From a virus, in IMG/VR virus record IMGVR_UViG_3300045988_120344, positions 1 to 54,194 of that record: 54,194 nucleotides of DNA, one strand, 5' to 3'. Both the position numbers and the translations under genes were made by a program. Position 1 is the first letter of the stretch. The number at the start of each line of letters is the position of its first letter. The notes below the pieces were generated by a model, which did not search any database, was not told the DNA's origin, and saw only the letters and a list, made by a program, of their open reading frames with translations. Below are positions 8,513-17,992 of this stretch, one piece after another.

Positions 8513-9768
8513 TTAGTAATGCCCCTTCCGACTAAAGTTAAATCCATAGTGTAACCACTGTTACCGCTGTCCCATCTGTGTTTAACCTGCTCTACCATCA
8601 TCTGTACCGCGTAGGTCCGTACTACTGAGCTATCAGAAAAGTCCGGTGAATCGCCATCGTCAGTATCGGGTGGCAAATTATATATCGGTGTTCCATCCTC
8701 GGGGTTAATCCCAGAGGGCGCTATGTTGTACTCAACGCCGTTTTCTTCGCGTTGTAGTTTTACATCCGGATCCTTTATATTCAGCTTTACCCATATACGG
8801 CTGCCAGCCCGTACCCGTGTGTCACCGAAAGCACCTTTAATGCTTAAAGTTTTTTTAGCAGAGTTGTACACTTCTAGCATTGTCTGTGCTTTATCGTAGG
8901 GGTTAGTAGTGTCGCGTTCGTTAATGCTTTCAGTTTTACGCAGAATACCCCAGCGCTTTATATTAGCATCGCTCTGTCTTGAGTACTCTATATGCTTTCC
9001 TGTGTTTTTATCATCTTTATACAAGGTCACGGCATTGAAAGTATCTTTATCTATTGACGATTCAAAGTTGAAGTTCTGCGCCGTCTCAGCGTCAATAAGT
9101 ATTGGTACATCCAAACCACCTACCTCAGCCAAGGTTATGACACCGAAATCATCATATAGAATGTACATTTTCCCATATTTATAAGCGGCATTACCACTTT
9201 TATCACCTGTATACAATATGGTATGGTCAAGTGCCAGCTGGATAGTATCAAACAACGTCTGATTGCTGGCCCGCATTTTATGTATAGTGTAACCCGTGTC
9301 ACAGATGGCCTCAGTTTCAACTTCTTTACCACTTTTATCCTTGCTTTTCTTTTTATGAATTAAACCATAGTCATCACAAATAGCACGGATAACCTCGGCG
9401 GCTGTCTTTTCAACTACCACAGTTATGTCTTTGTTCTTTAGGTAGCGTAACTGGTCATAAGCTGTAACCTGTATAACACCATTCTTATCTTCTTTGTGTG
9501 AAAAGATAAAACCTTTGAAAAGATTGTCGTCACCGTAGCTCATCTGGACCATATTACCTTCTTCAAAGTCTAAAATATCATCTCGTAGCATCTTAAAAGT
9601 TAGTTTACCTGGTGTACCTTGACGAGCTAAATCCCAGGTGACACCTTCCTGTACTGCTGGCATAAAAGTTTTACCATTATGTGAAATGATAATCGTGACA
9701 GCTTTTTCTTGCTTAGCTTGCGGGGTTAAAGCTGATTGCTCTAATATCTCTAAACCTTTGATTGACAT
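8509..9768 (-). CDS. Baseplate hub protein, XkdQ/YqbQ-like (late control D-like)
   Basis: 419 aa; synteny between the XkdP-like and XkdR-like genes. Confidence 0.6.
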   Translation of the reverse strand: MSIKGLEILEQSALTPQAKQEKAVTIIISHNGKTFMPAVQEGVTWDLARQGTPGKLTFKMLRDDILDFEEGNMVQMSYGDDNLFKGFIFSHKEDKNGVIQVTAYDQLRYLKNKDITVVVEKTAAEVIRAICDDYGLIHKKKSKDKSGKEVETEAICDTGYTIHKMRASNQTLFDTIQLALDHTILYTGDKSGNAAYKYGKMYILYDDFGVITLAEVGGLDVPILIDAETAQNFNFESSIDKDTFNAVTLYKDDKNTGKHIEYSRQSDANIKRWGILRKTESINERDTTNPYDKAQTMLEVYNSAKKTLSIKGAFGDTRVRAGSRIWVKLNIKDPDVKLQREENGVEYNIAPSGINPEDGTPIYNLPPDTDDGDSPDFSDSSVVRTYAVQMMVEQVKHRWDSGNSGYTMDLTLVGRGITK

Positions 9769-10517
9769 TAATGGATCACCCCGTTTGGTATCTTTATCTG
9801 TGTTCCCTGCACTGGCTCATTATACGGATTTTTCATGCCGTTAAGTATAGCGATGTTAGCCAGCACACCTACACTAGGAGCACCACCGCTTAAAACTGTT
9901 TGCGTTGCTTCCCATATTGACCGCTGGCCACGAATAGTTATCGCATTTTGTAAGGACTTGTTACCCCCAGCCTTTCGGCTCTGCTTTACTGTAACTGTTT
10001 GTTTTCCATTCTCATCGGTACTGACTTCAACCTCTTTGGTGCCGTAGTCAACGTACTGCTTAAGTGTAACCGGCACCGTAATGTCAAATCCTTCTCCTGC
10101 ATCCTCTTTAATGCTGTAACTTTCAAGTGTCACCCGCATATACGTATCAAACAGCACCTCATAACGCGGGCTCATTCGCAGGACTATAAGGTCGAAGGGT
10201 TCCCGATCCGCTTTCAGCTTCTTAATCTTCTGCAGGAAGTAAACAGGTTGCTTATAAGAAAAGTCTTTACCAAAAAGTTTTTTGCCGATATAGGTTAAAG
10301 CGCTTGACTTGAAACTCTGGCTATAGTTTGCATAGGGACGGGCGTCACCTGGCAGCCGTATGTCAAAACTAATCTCCGTTAATCCAGCTGATTTCACTAG
10401 ATTAACTTCACCCTCGTTAATCAGATTAATAGTTTTGTTCCGGTTTTTGATTTTAGTTGTCATTTTTGCGGGCGGGACCGGCAACATCATGTCACCTAGA
10501 AAAAAGTAATAAGCCAC
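9768..10517 (-). CDS. XkdP-like tail protein with a LysM-like C-terminus (GTG start)
   Basis: 249 aa; RBS GGAGGTGATACA-GTG; C-terminal ...VLANIAILNGMKNPYNEPVQGTQIKIP resembles a LysM motif. Confidence 0.55.
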   Translation of the reverse strand: MAYYFFLGDMMLPVPPAKMTTKIKNRNKTINLINEGEVNLVKSAGLTEISFDIRLPGDARPYANYSQSFKSSALTYIGKKLFGKDFSYKQPVYFLQKIKKLKADREPFDLIVLRMSPRYEVLFDTYMRVTLESYSIKEDAGEGFDITVPVTLKQYVDYGTKEVEVSTDENGKQTVTVKQSRKAGGNKSLQNAITIRGQRSIWEATQTVLSGGAPSVGVLANIAILNGMKNPYNEPVQGTQIKIPNGVIH

Positions 10518-10531
10518 TGTATCACCTCCAC

Positions 10532-10562
10532 TAAAAAAGCACTACCATGTTATGGTGGTGCT
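10532..10562 (-). terminator. Rho-independent terminator after the tail-module moron
   Basis: Minus strand AGCACCACCA-TAACA-TGGTAGTGCT followed by TTTTTT. Confidence 0.7.
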
Positions 10563-10576
10563 TGAAAAGATTAATA

Positions 10577-11476
10577 TTATTTTTTCAGATATTCTTTACC
10601 GTTGATAATTACAGATATCGGCGCTCCTCCTTTTGAGTACGTGACTGAAAACTCAGTTTTAATTTTTTTACCAAAAGCATTTTCTGATTTTACATAAGAA
10701 CTTATTCTTATGTGTTCTGGGTTTTTATGCATATTCCAATCACTACCACCAGCCGAAGGGAACTTTGCTGAATCCGGGTCTAGCAGTACAGATTTTACAA
10801 TATTTTGGGTTTGCACTATGTACTTAGTTGCTTCATCGCTCGTTAGCTCAAAATCATCAAAAGTATTAGCTACTTTACCATCAGCATAAAGTTCACGTTC
10901 GCCGCCATCAATAAAAGCTAAAATATAAACAACTTTATCATTTTTGGTGTATACAGTTATATCATAACCGCTATTATTTTGACTTATATTCCCCTTATAC
11001 AAAGTACAGTCAGGAAATCTAGTATCATCATTAGCTACGGTTTCAAATTTTGTAGCTTGTCCAGCCATTCCACATTGGTTAAGTGTGTCCTGTATGCTCT
11101 CGGCTTCTGCTTGACTTAAATTTTTATTTAATTTTTGAAATTGGTTGCCAGCGGTTTGCTGTTCTTTTTGTGTCTCCGGATTTTGATTATTTGGGTTATG
11201 TAGAAATAACCCGCACCCGCCTATCAACAAGCAAAAGAATAAAATAAGCCCCTTTTTTATCTTCTTTTGCTTTTGGGCTTCCCACTTTTTCACGTCTTCG
11301 ATGGTGTACTGCTTAGCCTCGGATATTATTTGAGCTTTTTCTTCCTCAGCCTTTTTCTTAGCCGCTAGTCTTGCTTCCCCTTCTTCCCTGATTTTTCGTT
11401 TTGCTTCTTCCAGTAGTAATTGGTGCTCAGCTTCTTCCCGTATTTTTTGTTCCTTTGATTTACCAAACAATCCCAC
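10577..11476 (-). CDS. Membrane/lipoprotein-like protein inserted between the tape measure and baseplate genes (moron)
   Basis: 299 aa; Lys/Glu-rich N-terminal region, TM LILFFCLLIGGCGLF with a lipobox-like IGGC, about 200-aa extracytoplasmic domain; own RBS (AGGAGG) and its own terminator. Confidence 0.65.
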   Translation of the reverse strand: MGLFGKSKEQKIREEAEHQLLLEEAKRKIREEGEARLAAKKKAEEEKAQIISEAKQYTIEDVKKWEAQKQKKIKKGLILFFCLLIGGCGLFLHNPNNQNPETQKEQQTAGNQFQKLNKNLSQAEAESIQDTLNQCGMAGQATKFETVANDDTRFPDCTLYKGNISQNNSGYDITVYTKNDKVVYILAFIDGGERELYADGKVANTFDDFELTSDEATKYIVQTQNIVKSVLLDPDSAKFPSAGGSDWNMHKNPEHIRISSYVKSENAFGKKIKTEFSVTYSKGGAPISVIINGKEYLKK

Positions 11477-11562
11477 ATGAACCGCCTCCTATTAGTTAGC
11501 ATAAAATTATACTCTGTATGATTCCCTATATTATTTTCGCTAATCAATAGGTTATTTCCTGC

Positions 11563-14232
11563 TTAAACATGGACAGCTTCTGCACCTGTATTTATTCCAG
11601 TTAAAATATATTCGGTTATCTGGTCAATAACACCATCAATATCTTGCTGTTTTTCAATAGTTGGGTTAATATCGCCAACGCTGACAGCTATTTCCTGTGT
11701 AGTATAATGCTGCACTGCTTCTTTGCTAGCAAGCTCTCTAGCTTCCTTGGCAATTTCGATAAGGTCATCCATAGCGTCCGCCATTCTGCCGGTGTTGTCA
11801 GCGGTATCACGTGCAGCGCCACCGTCTCCGCCTGAACCACCTGAACTACCTCCCGAGTTATCATTTTTCTGTGCTGGCACCTCATCAAGTTTATGCCGTA
11901 TACCATCACCGAACAAATCTTTCATAGCTCCAACCGGGTCTTCCTCAAATCGTTTACCTGCGTCATAAGCACCCGCTGAATCGATTCTGCCTGTTTTTAT
12001 ATGTGACATGGGGTTAAACCCTGATATAGCTTTTCTCTCTAAAGTTAAACCGCTAGCAGATACCGAGCTTATATCTATACCTGGGATTTTATTCATTAAC
12101 GCAATAATACCATTTATTGCTTCTGCTACCAATTCTACAACGCCATTCCAAATATCAGCGAATAGATTGTATATAGCTGCTAATGGGTCTTGGAATACGC
12201 TGCCCAGAAAATTGGCAAAATCAATAAATCTGTTTATAACAAATTCCACTAAAGCCGAAATCGCGTTGAATAGCCAAGCAAACACTGTAAATATAATACC
12301 CGTTGCGGATATGCTAGTGCCTGCAAATCTGTTTACGGCGGCGATAACGACATAAAAAACAACTATAAGTAAAACTATTAAGCCAATTATCCAAGTAAGC
12401 GGACATGCAGCTAAGGCAGCGTTTAGACCATTCTGTGCAAAAATTAAACCTATTATAGCCGCGGTTTCCATAAAGGATGCAACCGCATGAGCTATTGCAC
12501 CTCCTACCGCCATAGCTGATGATGCTAACCATGCCACCCCTAAAGCCATAACCGCAACACCCAGCCCCATTAATATCGGAAATATATAATCCATGTTTTG
12601 TGATATTACATCAACAAACCATTGCGCTGTATTTGCTGCTTCACTAAAACCACTGATTATATTTTCTACAAATTGTGTAGTAGCAGGTGACTCCGCTATA
12701 TACTGGATATTATTCATTACCCAGTCAAGGGCTCCGGCCAATGCGACAACACCATTGACCGCGGCATCACTAATTATGCGGACTACTTTGCTATTTGCTA
12801 AATCATTAACTTTTTTATAAACCCCACTCATTGCATAATCAATTTTTGTCATGCCAATCTGCCAAATATCACTCCATTTAAGCGGTATTCCTTCAAACAT
12901 GGCATTGATGGTGTCCATGTTATCAAGTATAGCCTTTTTTAATATTTCGGCAGTGATAAGGCCATCACTTGACATTTGCTTTAAGGCACCCGTCGTAACA
13001 TGTAAAGACTTAGCTACCATTTGTTCAATCATTGGCGCAGCTTCGGCTATTGACCTGAACTCGTCGCCTTGCAATTTGCCGCTGCCTAGCGCCTGCGTTA
13101 ACTGTAACAAAGCGTCAGCTTGTTGCTGTACACCTGTTCCACCAATAGCGAACAGCTTTTGAATCCCTTCCATAAAAGGCACTACCTGTTGCGGGTCAGG
13201 AAACGCCTCTTTAGCTGTCATAGCAATTTTACCAACTGCATCCGCCATTTGTGTATAAGAACCTCTAGCTCTTATAGCTGATTGGAAAATAGCTTCATTC
13301 ATGGCTTCAACATCACCGCCAGCACCTACAATAAGTCTTAACCTTGCTTGCATACCTGAATAAGCGTCTGACGCTGACATAAGTTTGCTAGGAAGACTGG
13401 ATATTTCCGCTGCTACTTTTGAAATAGCTCCGGCAGCAAGATTAGCCATAGTCATTTGACCAAAGGTACTGCCAGCTAATCCTTTAAGTTTACGGAAGGC
13501 TCCGGATGTGTTATTAGTGCTATTAGTTAAGCCTGCCAATGCGTCATTTGCGGGACCTGGTGACACATGACCAAATAAGTCAGAGAACTTCTGTTTGATA
13601 CTTGCAGCAGTCTCACCAGCTTTAGCTTTTATACTTTCAAACATACTAACAACTTTAGGTGCGGAGTTTTGCGCCGCTATACCCAATTGTATGAACGGGT
13701 CTGCATAGGCTAATCCTATCCGTTTTCCTAGTGTTAACACGGGCTGCATTGATGCAGTAACAGATTTTCCCACTGGACCAAGCTCTCGTTTTGCCACTAT
13801 ACCTAATTGTATAAAAGGGTCTGCATAAGCTAAACCCATCCGTTTTCCTAATGCCATTAATGGTTGCATTGACGCGGTAACGGATCTCCCCACTGACTGT
13901 CCTTTGGTTGCTACTTTATCAAGTTCTCGCCCTGCTATTGTGCCCAATTGTATGAACGGATCAGCATAGGCCATTCCTATTCGTTTTCCGATATTCATTA
14001 TAGGCGCTATACTATTTTGAATAGCTTTAGTATTTATGTTAATGCTTTTGCCCTGCATACTATCAACAACCCGTTCTACACCGGAGACAGACTGTTCTAA
14101 CTGGTCAAAAACTTTTCTGCCGTTAGCTATCGAGCTAAAGCCTTTTTGCGTAGCATTGACGCTCTGTGTAATTCTGTTGAGCGCTGGTGACACGCCGTCA
14201 ACTAGTTCAATTCGGTTTTGTAATGTAGCCAC
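11563..14232 (-). CDS. Tail tape measure protein
   Basis: 889 aa; the largest gene, directly after the chaperone pair; internal hydrophobic segments; Gly-rich tract; GTG start with GGAGGTGATACA RBS. Confidence 0.9.
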   Translation of the reverse strand: MATLQNRIELVDGVSPALNRITQSVNATQKGFSSIANGRKVFDQLEQSVSGVERVVDSMQGKSININTKAIQNSIAPIMNIGKRIGMAYADPFIQLGTIAGRELDKVATKGQSVGRSVTASMQPLMALGKRMGLAYADPFIQLGIVAKRELGPVGKSVTASMQPVLTLGKRIGLAYADPFIQLGIAAQNSAPKVVSMFESIKAKAGETAASIKQKFSDLFGHVSPGPANDALAGLTNSTNNTSGAFRKLKGLAGSTFGQMTMANLAAGAISKVAAEISSLPSKLMSASDAYSGMQARLRLIVGAGGDVEAMNEAIFQSAIRARGSYTQMADAVGKIAMTAKEAFPDPQQVVPFMEGIQKLFAIGGTGVQQQADALLQLTQALGSGKLQGDEFRSIAEAAPMIEQMVAKSLHVTTGALKQMSSDGLITAEILKKAILDNMDTINAMFEGIPLKWSDIWQIGMTKIDYAMSGVYKKVNDLANSKVVRIISDAAVNGVVALAGALDWVMNNIQYIAESPATTQFVENIISGFSEAANTAQWFVDVISQNMDYIFPILMGLGVAVMALGVAWLASSAMAVGGAIAHAVASFMETAAIIGLIFAQNGLNAALAACPLTWIIGLIVLLIVVFYVVIAAVNRFAGTSISATGIIFTVFAWLFNAISALVEFVINRFIDFANFLGSVFQDPLAAIYNLFADIWNGVVELVAEAINGIIALMNKIPGIDISSVSASGLTLERKAISGFNPMSHIKTGRIDSAGAYDAGKRFEEDPVGAMKDLFGDGIRHKLDEVPAQKNDNSGGSSGGSGGDGGAARDTADNTGRMADAMDDLIEIAKEARELASKEAVQHYTTQEIAVSVGDINPTIEKQQDIDGVIDQITEYILTGINTGAEAVHV
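13663..14010 (-). repeat. Three tandem ~40-aa repeats inside the tape measure gene
   Basis: Protein repeats (I/L)GKR(I/M)G(M/L)AYADPFIQLG(T/I)(I/V/A)A...VTASMQP occur three times; the corresponding DNA repeats are visible near 13690, 13810 and 13950. Confidence 0.85.
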
Positions 14233-14236
14233 TGTA

Positions 14237-14430
14237 TCACCTCCGAGCCTTTGATTTCATCTTCTCTGCTTCTTTTTTATCGGCTTTAGCTTTTACGTCT
14301 ATAGCAGCCCAGATAAAAGCTTGTTCTTCTTCTGACAAACTCATTATTTCACTTGGCAGCTTGTGTAACTTTATAAGACAGTAATACAGGACACCAGCCC
14401 ATGCATCACTGCCGTTAATTAGTTTTTTGC
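14237..14430 (-). CDS. -1 frameshift extension of the tail assembly chaperone (G/GT-like long form spans 14237-14865)
   Basis: Slippery heptamer A-AAA-AAC (14422-14428, in-frame GCA AAA AAC TAA); the -1 frame is open for 62 further codons (LINGSDAWAGVLYYCLIKLHKLPSEIMSLSEEEQAFIWAAIDVKAKADKKEAEKMKSKARR) and ends at a TGA overlapping the tape-measure RBS. Confidence 0.7.
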
Positions 14431-14865
14431 GGTACTGATTTTTTCGGCCATGCCCATCTGATAGCCGGACACTTCTGATACGGCGCTTACAAGGTCTGTA
14501 TATTCGCCAGGTGTCAGCATAGCCTTAACCGTGAGTGCCGCACCGATAGTACCATAAGACGCCTGTAAATCTGCGTCGTTAAGGTTTGGGAATATTACGG
14601 CCGCACAAACCATTTCCGTTGCTAGTGCTATTTGGTCGGTAGTAGTTTTATATTCGCGGGTACTTTTGTTAAACTCTTTTTTCTTGCACCGGCGCTCCAT
14701 TGCTTCGATCTCATCATTACCAAGAACTCGCAGCTTCCACGGTATCGGATTACCTTGCTCATCTACAAAACGTTCTGACGCTACGTATTCCTTCTCTTTA
14801 ATAGCGATAGCATTACCTTTTAAAAATGCTTTCATGTTAAGTTCTGCCATGTTAAAATCCTCCAT
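14419..14865 (-). CDS. Tail assembly chaperone, XkdN-like (probable start at 14850, MAELNMKAF)
   Basis: 148 aa; position between the tube and tape measure genes; GGAGG RBS ahead of the ATG at 14850. Confidence 0.75.
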   Translation of the reverse strand: MEDFNMAELNMKAFLKGNAIAIKEKEYVASERFVDEQGNPIPWKLRVLGNDEIEAMERRCKKKEFNKSTREYKTTTDQIALATEMVCAAVIFPNLNDADLQASYGTIGAALTVKAMLTPGEYTDLVSAVSEVSGYQMGMAEKISTAKN

Positions 14866-14875
14866 GATTAAAAAC

Positions 14876-14916
14876 AGCGGATAGGCTGTTACGACACTTA
14901 AAAAAACCTATCCGCT
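14876..14916 (-). terminator. 10-bp stem-loop between the tube and chaperone genes (partial terminator or attenuator)
   Basis: AGCGGATAGG...CCTATCCGCT with a 21-nt loop, followed on the minus strand by GTTTTTAAT. Confidence 0.45.
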
Positions 14917-14929
14917 ACTATTCTACTTC

Positions 14930-15415
14930 TTAGCTAACAAGAACACCGTCAAGCTCATCAAAGCTCTGCGGCATTTCAAAATCCTCAAACGAGAAGTCCA
15001 TATCCTGTTCAAGCCAATCACCGTCTGCGTCAAATGCTGCGATAATGGCACTGTCCATGTTGCAGTTTTTGAGAATCAACGTCTGAGAACCGCTAGCCGA
15101 CGTTGCATCTTTGTTTACTACCTGCATATCAAAATAAATATCCTCACCGGTATCTTTATACTTCTGCATCAGCTTAGTAAACATCGACGTGACACTATAA
15201 ATCGTCATAGAGCCGGAGCCTTCCCAGCCGTTTGACTTGTGACCTACACCTGTTTGACCTAAAATCGGGACTTCTTTTTTGTTCTTTTTGACCGTTGCTT
15301 TCAGGTTTTTCGCCATCATTAACAAATAGCGGTTATTCTCAATGGTGGCAAAACAGTACGCAAGACGGGCGGCGTTTACATCACGTGCCCGCATTGTCTG
15401 AATTAAATCTGCCAT
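14930..15415 (-). CDS. Tail tube protein (XkdM-like)
   Basis: 161 aa; immediately downstream of the sheath gene. Confidence 0.75.
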   Translation of the reverse strand: MADLIQTMRARDVNAARLAYCFATIENNRYLLMMAKNLKATVKKNKKEVPILGQTGVGHKSNGWEGSGSMTIYSVTSMFTKLMQKYKDTGEDIYFDMQVVNKDATSASGSQTLILKNCNMDSAIIAAFDADGDWLEQDMDFSFEDFEMPQSFDELDGVLVS

Positions 15416-15428
15416 AAATTTTCACCCC

Positions 15429-16784
15429 TTACTCAATTAAAATTTGGGCATATAATTTTTCCATGCAACACGTTGGTTGTACTGCATGTTCAGTTACTAC
15501 GGCGGTTTTCTCAGTACCTTGCGTTGGTATTGGAATGTCGCTGGAACTGAAATTCTGTATTGCTCGTACACGCTGTAATTCTTGATAGTAGGCTACAATG
15601 TCACCCCACAATGCAATTCTGCCGTCCTCGTCGTTCTGCTCTTTACCAAGATAAGTTTTATTGAAAAGACGGGCAATGTCAATCGCTATCTGGTCAAGTA
15701 CCCTCATAACCTGATTCTTAGCAAAGTCAGCACTTTTTGCCTTGCTAAAGCTTGTAAAGGTATTAATGTCAGTAAGCACATTAATGTTGCCTGTAACATC
15801 TCCAGCGGTGGGATCGGTGACACGATGGAACACAAACTCACCATTATTAATAGCTTTTTTTAGTTCCGTTTGGCTGTAGTCACTTTTAACCTTGAATTCA
15901 CCGTCATAGGTTTTATTCGTGCAGGACGCATTTACCGCGCAACTTGCCTCAGCACCAACTACCCAGTAAACAAGGCTGGCAGGACTTGCACCACTGTCCT
16001 GTACCGGATTTTTAATGCTAATAACACCTTCATAGTCAGTGCCAGCAGCTTCGTACAATACCAGCTGAAACTTCATACCTACGTCATCGCGCAAACGCTT
16101 AACAAAAGATATGTACAGGTCCTTAATTGTTTTTTCCGCTGTTACTACGCCAAGTGTATTAAAGTAGTATGGTTCGATAGCAGCTAAGAAGTTTTGATGT
16201 TGCAGTGCTGTAATTGCGTCACCGTTAGTACCTCCAGTGAATACATCGCCAGCATTAGCAGTTAAAGCGTCACCAGTTTTAGTAAACACCACGTAGTCAT
16301 TATCAACGAGGTCGGCTTTTTTAGCTACTGTCTGTTCATCGACCAATGTTTTAACCCCATCAACGTTAATGTACGTTGACACGTCAAACTTGCTAGTTTC
16401 ATCGACGTTGGCAGCTACGACAACAGTTATGTCGTTACCACGCTCACCACCGTATTTAGCCGTCCCTGTTGTTCCTTGCGCTTTTACCGCATTATTTGAC
16501 ATACGATAAAAATAGCTCGTTTTAAGGTTTTTAAACAGGTCCCGCAAGCCCTTTAATTTATCGTCGGTATACTCATAGCCAAAATACTTCAAAGAGTTTT
16601 TCTGAAAGTCCTCTGCTTCTACGGCAAAAATCGTATTTTCCGGGCCCCAGTCAAGTTCTAAAGGCATTGCACCATAGCCGCGGTCTGCTACACTTGCAGC
16701 AGCACTTACTTGACTTTTAAAGTTGATGTAAGCGCCAGGCAATACCTTGTTTTGAAATATCCAGGTTCCACCACCTAAAGACAT
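15429..16784 (-). CDS. Contractile tail sheath protein (XkdK-like)
   Basis: 451 aa; N-terminus SLGGGTWIFQNKVLPGAYINF typical of sheath proteins; synteny. Confidence 0.85.
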   Translation of the reverse strand: MSLGGGTWIFQNKVLPGAYINFKSQVSAAASVADRGYGAMPLELDWGPENTIFAVEAEDFQKNSLKYFGYEYTDDKLKGLRDLFKNLKTSYFYRMSNNAVKAQGTTGTAKYGGERGNDITVVVAANVDETSKFDVSTYINVDGVKTLVDEQTVAKKADLVDNDYVVFTKTGDALTANAGDVFTGGTNGDAITALQHQNFLAAIEPYYFNTLGVVTAEKTIKDLYISFVKRLRDDVGMKFQLVLYEAAGTDYEGVISIKNPVQDSGASPASLVYWVVGAEASCAVNASCTNKTYDGEFKVKSDYSQTELKKAINNGEFVFHRVTDPTAGDVTGNINVLTDINTFTSFSKAKSADFAKNQVMRVLDQIAIDIARLFNKTYLGKEQNDEDGRIALWGDIVAYYQELQRVRAIQNFSSSDIPIPTQGTEKTAVVTEHAVQPTCCMEKLYAQILIE

Positions 16785-16797
16785 GTTCTAACCTCCC

Positions 16798-17010
16798 CTA
16801 TTTATTAACAATTTCTTTAATTGGCTTAGCTAAAAAGTCATTAGCTATTTTTAACACTTCTTCAAGAGTGTAATTTTTGTCATCGTCTAAAACCACATTC
16901 AGCACATCATAATGATTGCTAAATTTATCCGATTTTAAAATTTGTGACTTTGAATAGACAGCGCTATCTTTTTTAGCTGTCACCTTGGTATCTGTTTTTT
17001 CGTCAGCCAT
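16798..17010 (-). CDS. Hypothetical small protein
   Basis: 70-aa ORF tightly packed in the operon. Confidence 0.5.
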   Translation of the reverse strand: MADEKTDTKVTAKKDSAVYSKSQILKSDKFSNHYDVLNVVLDDDKNYTLEEVLKIANDFLAKPIKEIVNK

Positions 17011-17011
17011 G

Positions 17012-17449
17012 TTATTTCACCCCTTTTATTTGGTAATTCTGTATTAACTGTTGCATTAATGGTGATTTTGCTAATTCTTTGAAAATCATTACCTTGTAAG
17101 TAATGAAAACGTGCAGAACATTATCCTGTACCTCAAAATGCATGTCAATACCTCTTAATAAATTTTTAAGCACCGTTATATACTCGAGCTGAAAAAGCAG
17201 TTTGTAAGCAACGTCATGTAGTTCTATAGCATTATCTTCGTCAGGGTTATGAGGATAATATATTACATCAAAATCCATTGCCAACTCATAGCGGTTCCAT
17301 AGTTTAGGTTCAAGCCTGCTGTCCATTAGGTTAATAAAAAAGCAGGGAGCTTCAAAACCTTGCGGCAGGCTGTCAAAGTATACAATTGGATTGTCAAAAC
17401 TGTTTTCGAGTTCTGCTGCTATCCCTGTATATACATCATTAACCATCAA
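17012..17449 (-). CDS. Tail completion/terminator-like protein (by position)
   Basis: 145 aa; between the HK97-gp10-like gene and the sheath gene. Confidence 0.45.
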   Translation of the reverse strand: MMVNDVYTGIAAELENSFDNPIVYFDSLPQGFEAPCFFINLMDSRLEPKLWNRYELAMDFDVIYYPHNPDEDNAIELHDVAYKLLFQLEYITVLKNLLRGIDMHFEVQDNVLHVFITYKVMIFKELAKSPLMQQLIQNYQIKGVK

Positions 17450-17990
17450 AAGCCCCCTTTAGATACTTTTCTATTTTCTTTTGGACTATTGTCGGCGCCT
17501 GGTCTCGCAATTCGTTTTCACTTATTTTCAACATGTACTGCCCTTCGACAAATGACTTTTTTAATCGCTTGCCTAAAGCTGGAACAAAACGTCCCGGTGT
17601 CTGTCTGTGGCCATATTCAACGTAGCTCGCATAATGCACGGGATTAACGATGTTGATAAAAAAGCTGTTACCACTATGCTCAACCTGCACACCATTAAGA
17701 TAAACCACTATATCCGGCACGTTACCACTTTTAGCTTCTTCCTCGGTTTTAGCTGTCCAACCTCGTCTAAGCGTACCACCAACATATCCTTTCCAATATT
17801 TATCTTTAATTTCTTTGGATATGTTATTAGGTGGTACTCCTACGGGTGTCCGCTTAATGACTTTCCTCAGTAATCGGGCGGCTAACTCTTTTATACAGGC
17901 TTCAAACATTTTTTGCCTGCTAGCACCAAGATTTTTACATGCTTTAGCTAAATCATTCAGCCCAGTTAAGTCAATCCGTATATCAGCCAT
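17439..17990 (-). CDS. HK97 gp10-family head-tail joining protein
   Basis: 183 aa; pattern ELAARLLRKVIKRTPVGV...GGTLRRGW is similar to the gp10 family; synteny. Confidence 0.55.
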   Translation of the reverse strand: MADIRIDLTGLNDLAKACKNLGASRQKMFEACIKELAARLLRKVIKRTPVGVPPNNISKEIKDKYWKGYVGGTLRRGWTAKTEEEAKSGNVPDIVVYLNGVQVEHSGNSFFINIVNPVHYASYVEYGHRQTPGRFVPALGKRLKKSFVEGQYMLKISENELRDQAPTIVQKKIEKYLKGAFDG

Positions 17991-17992
17991 AG

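Noticed and set aside
11365-11547. 60-aa minus-strand ORF overlapping the start of the moron gene
   Set aside because: It is out of frame with the 299-aa gene, which has the RBS. It spans the intergenic promoter region and is probably non-coding.
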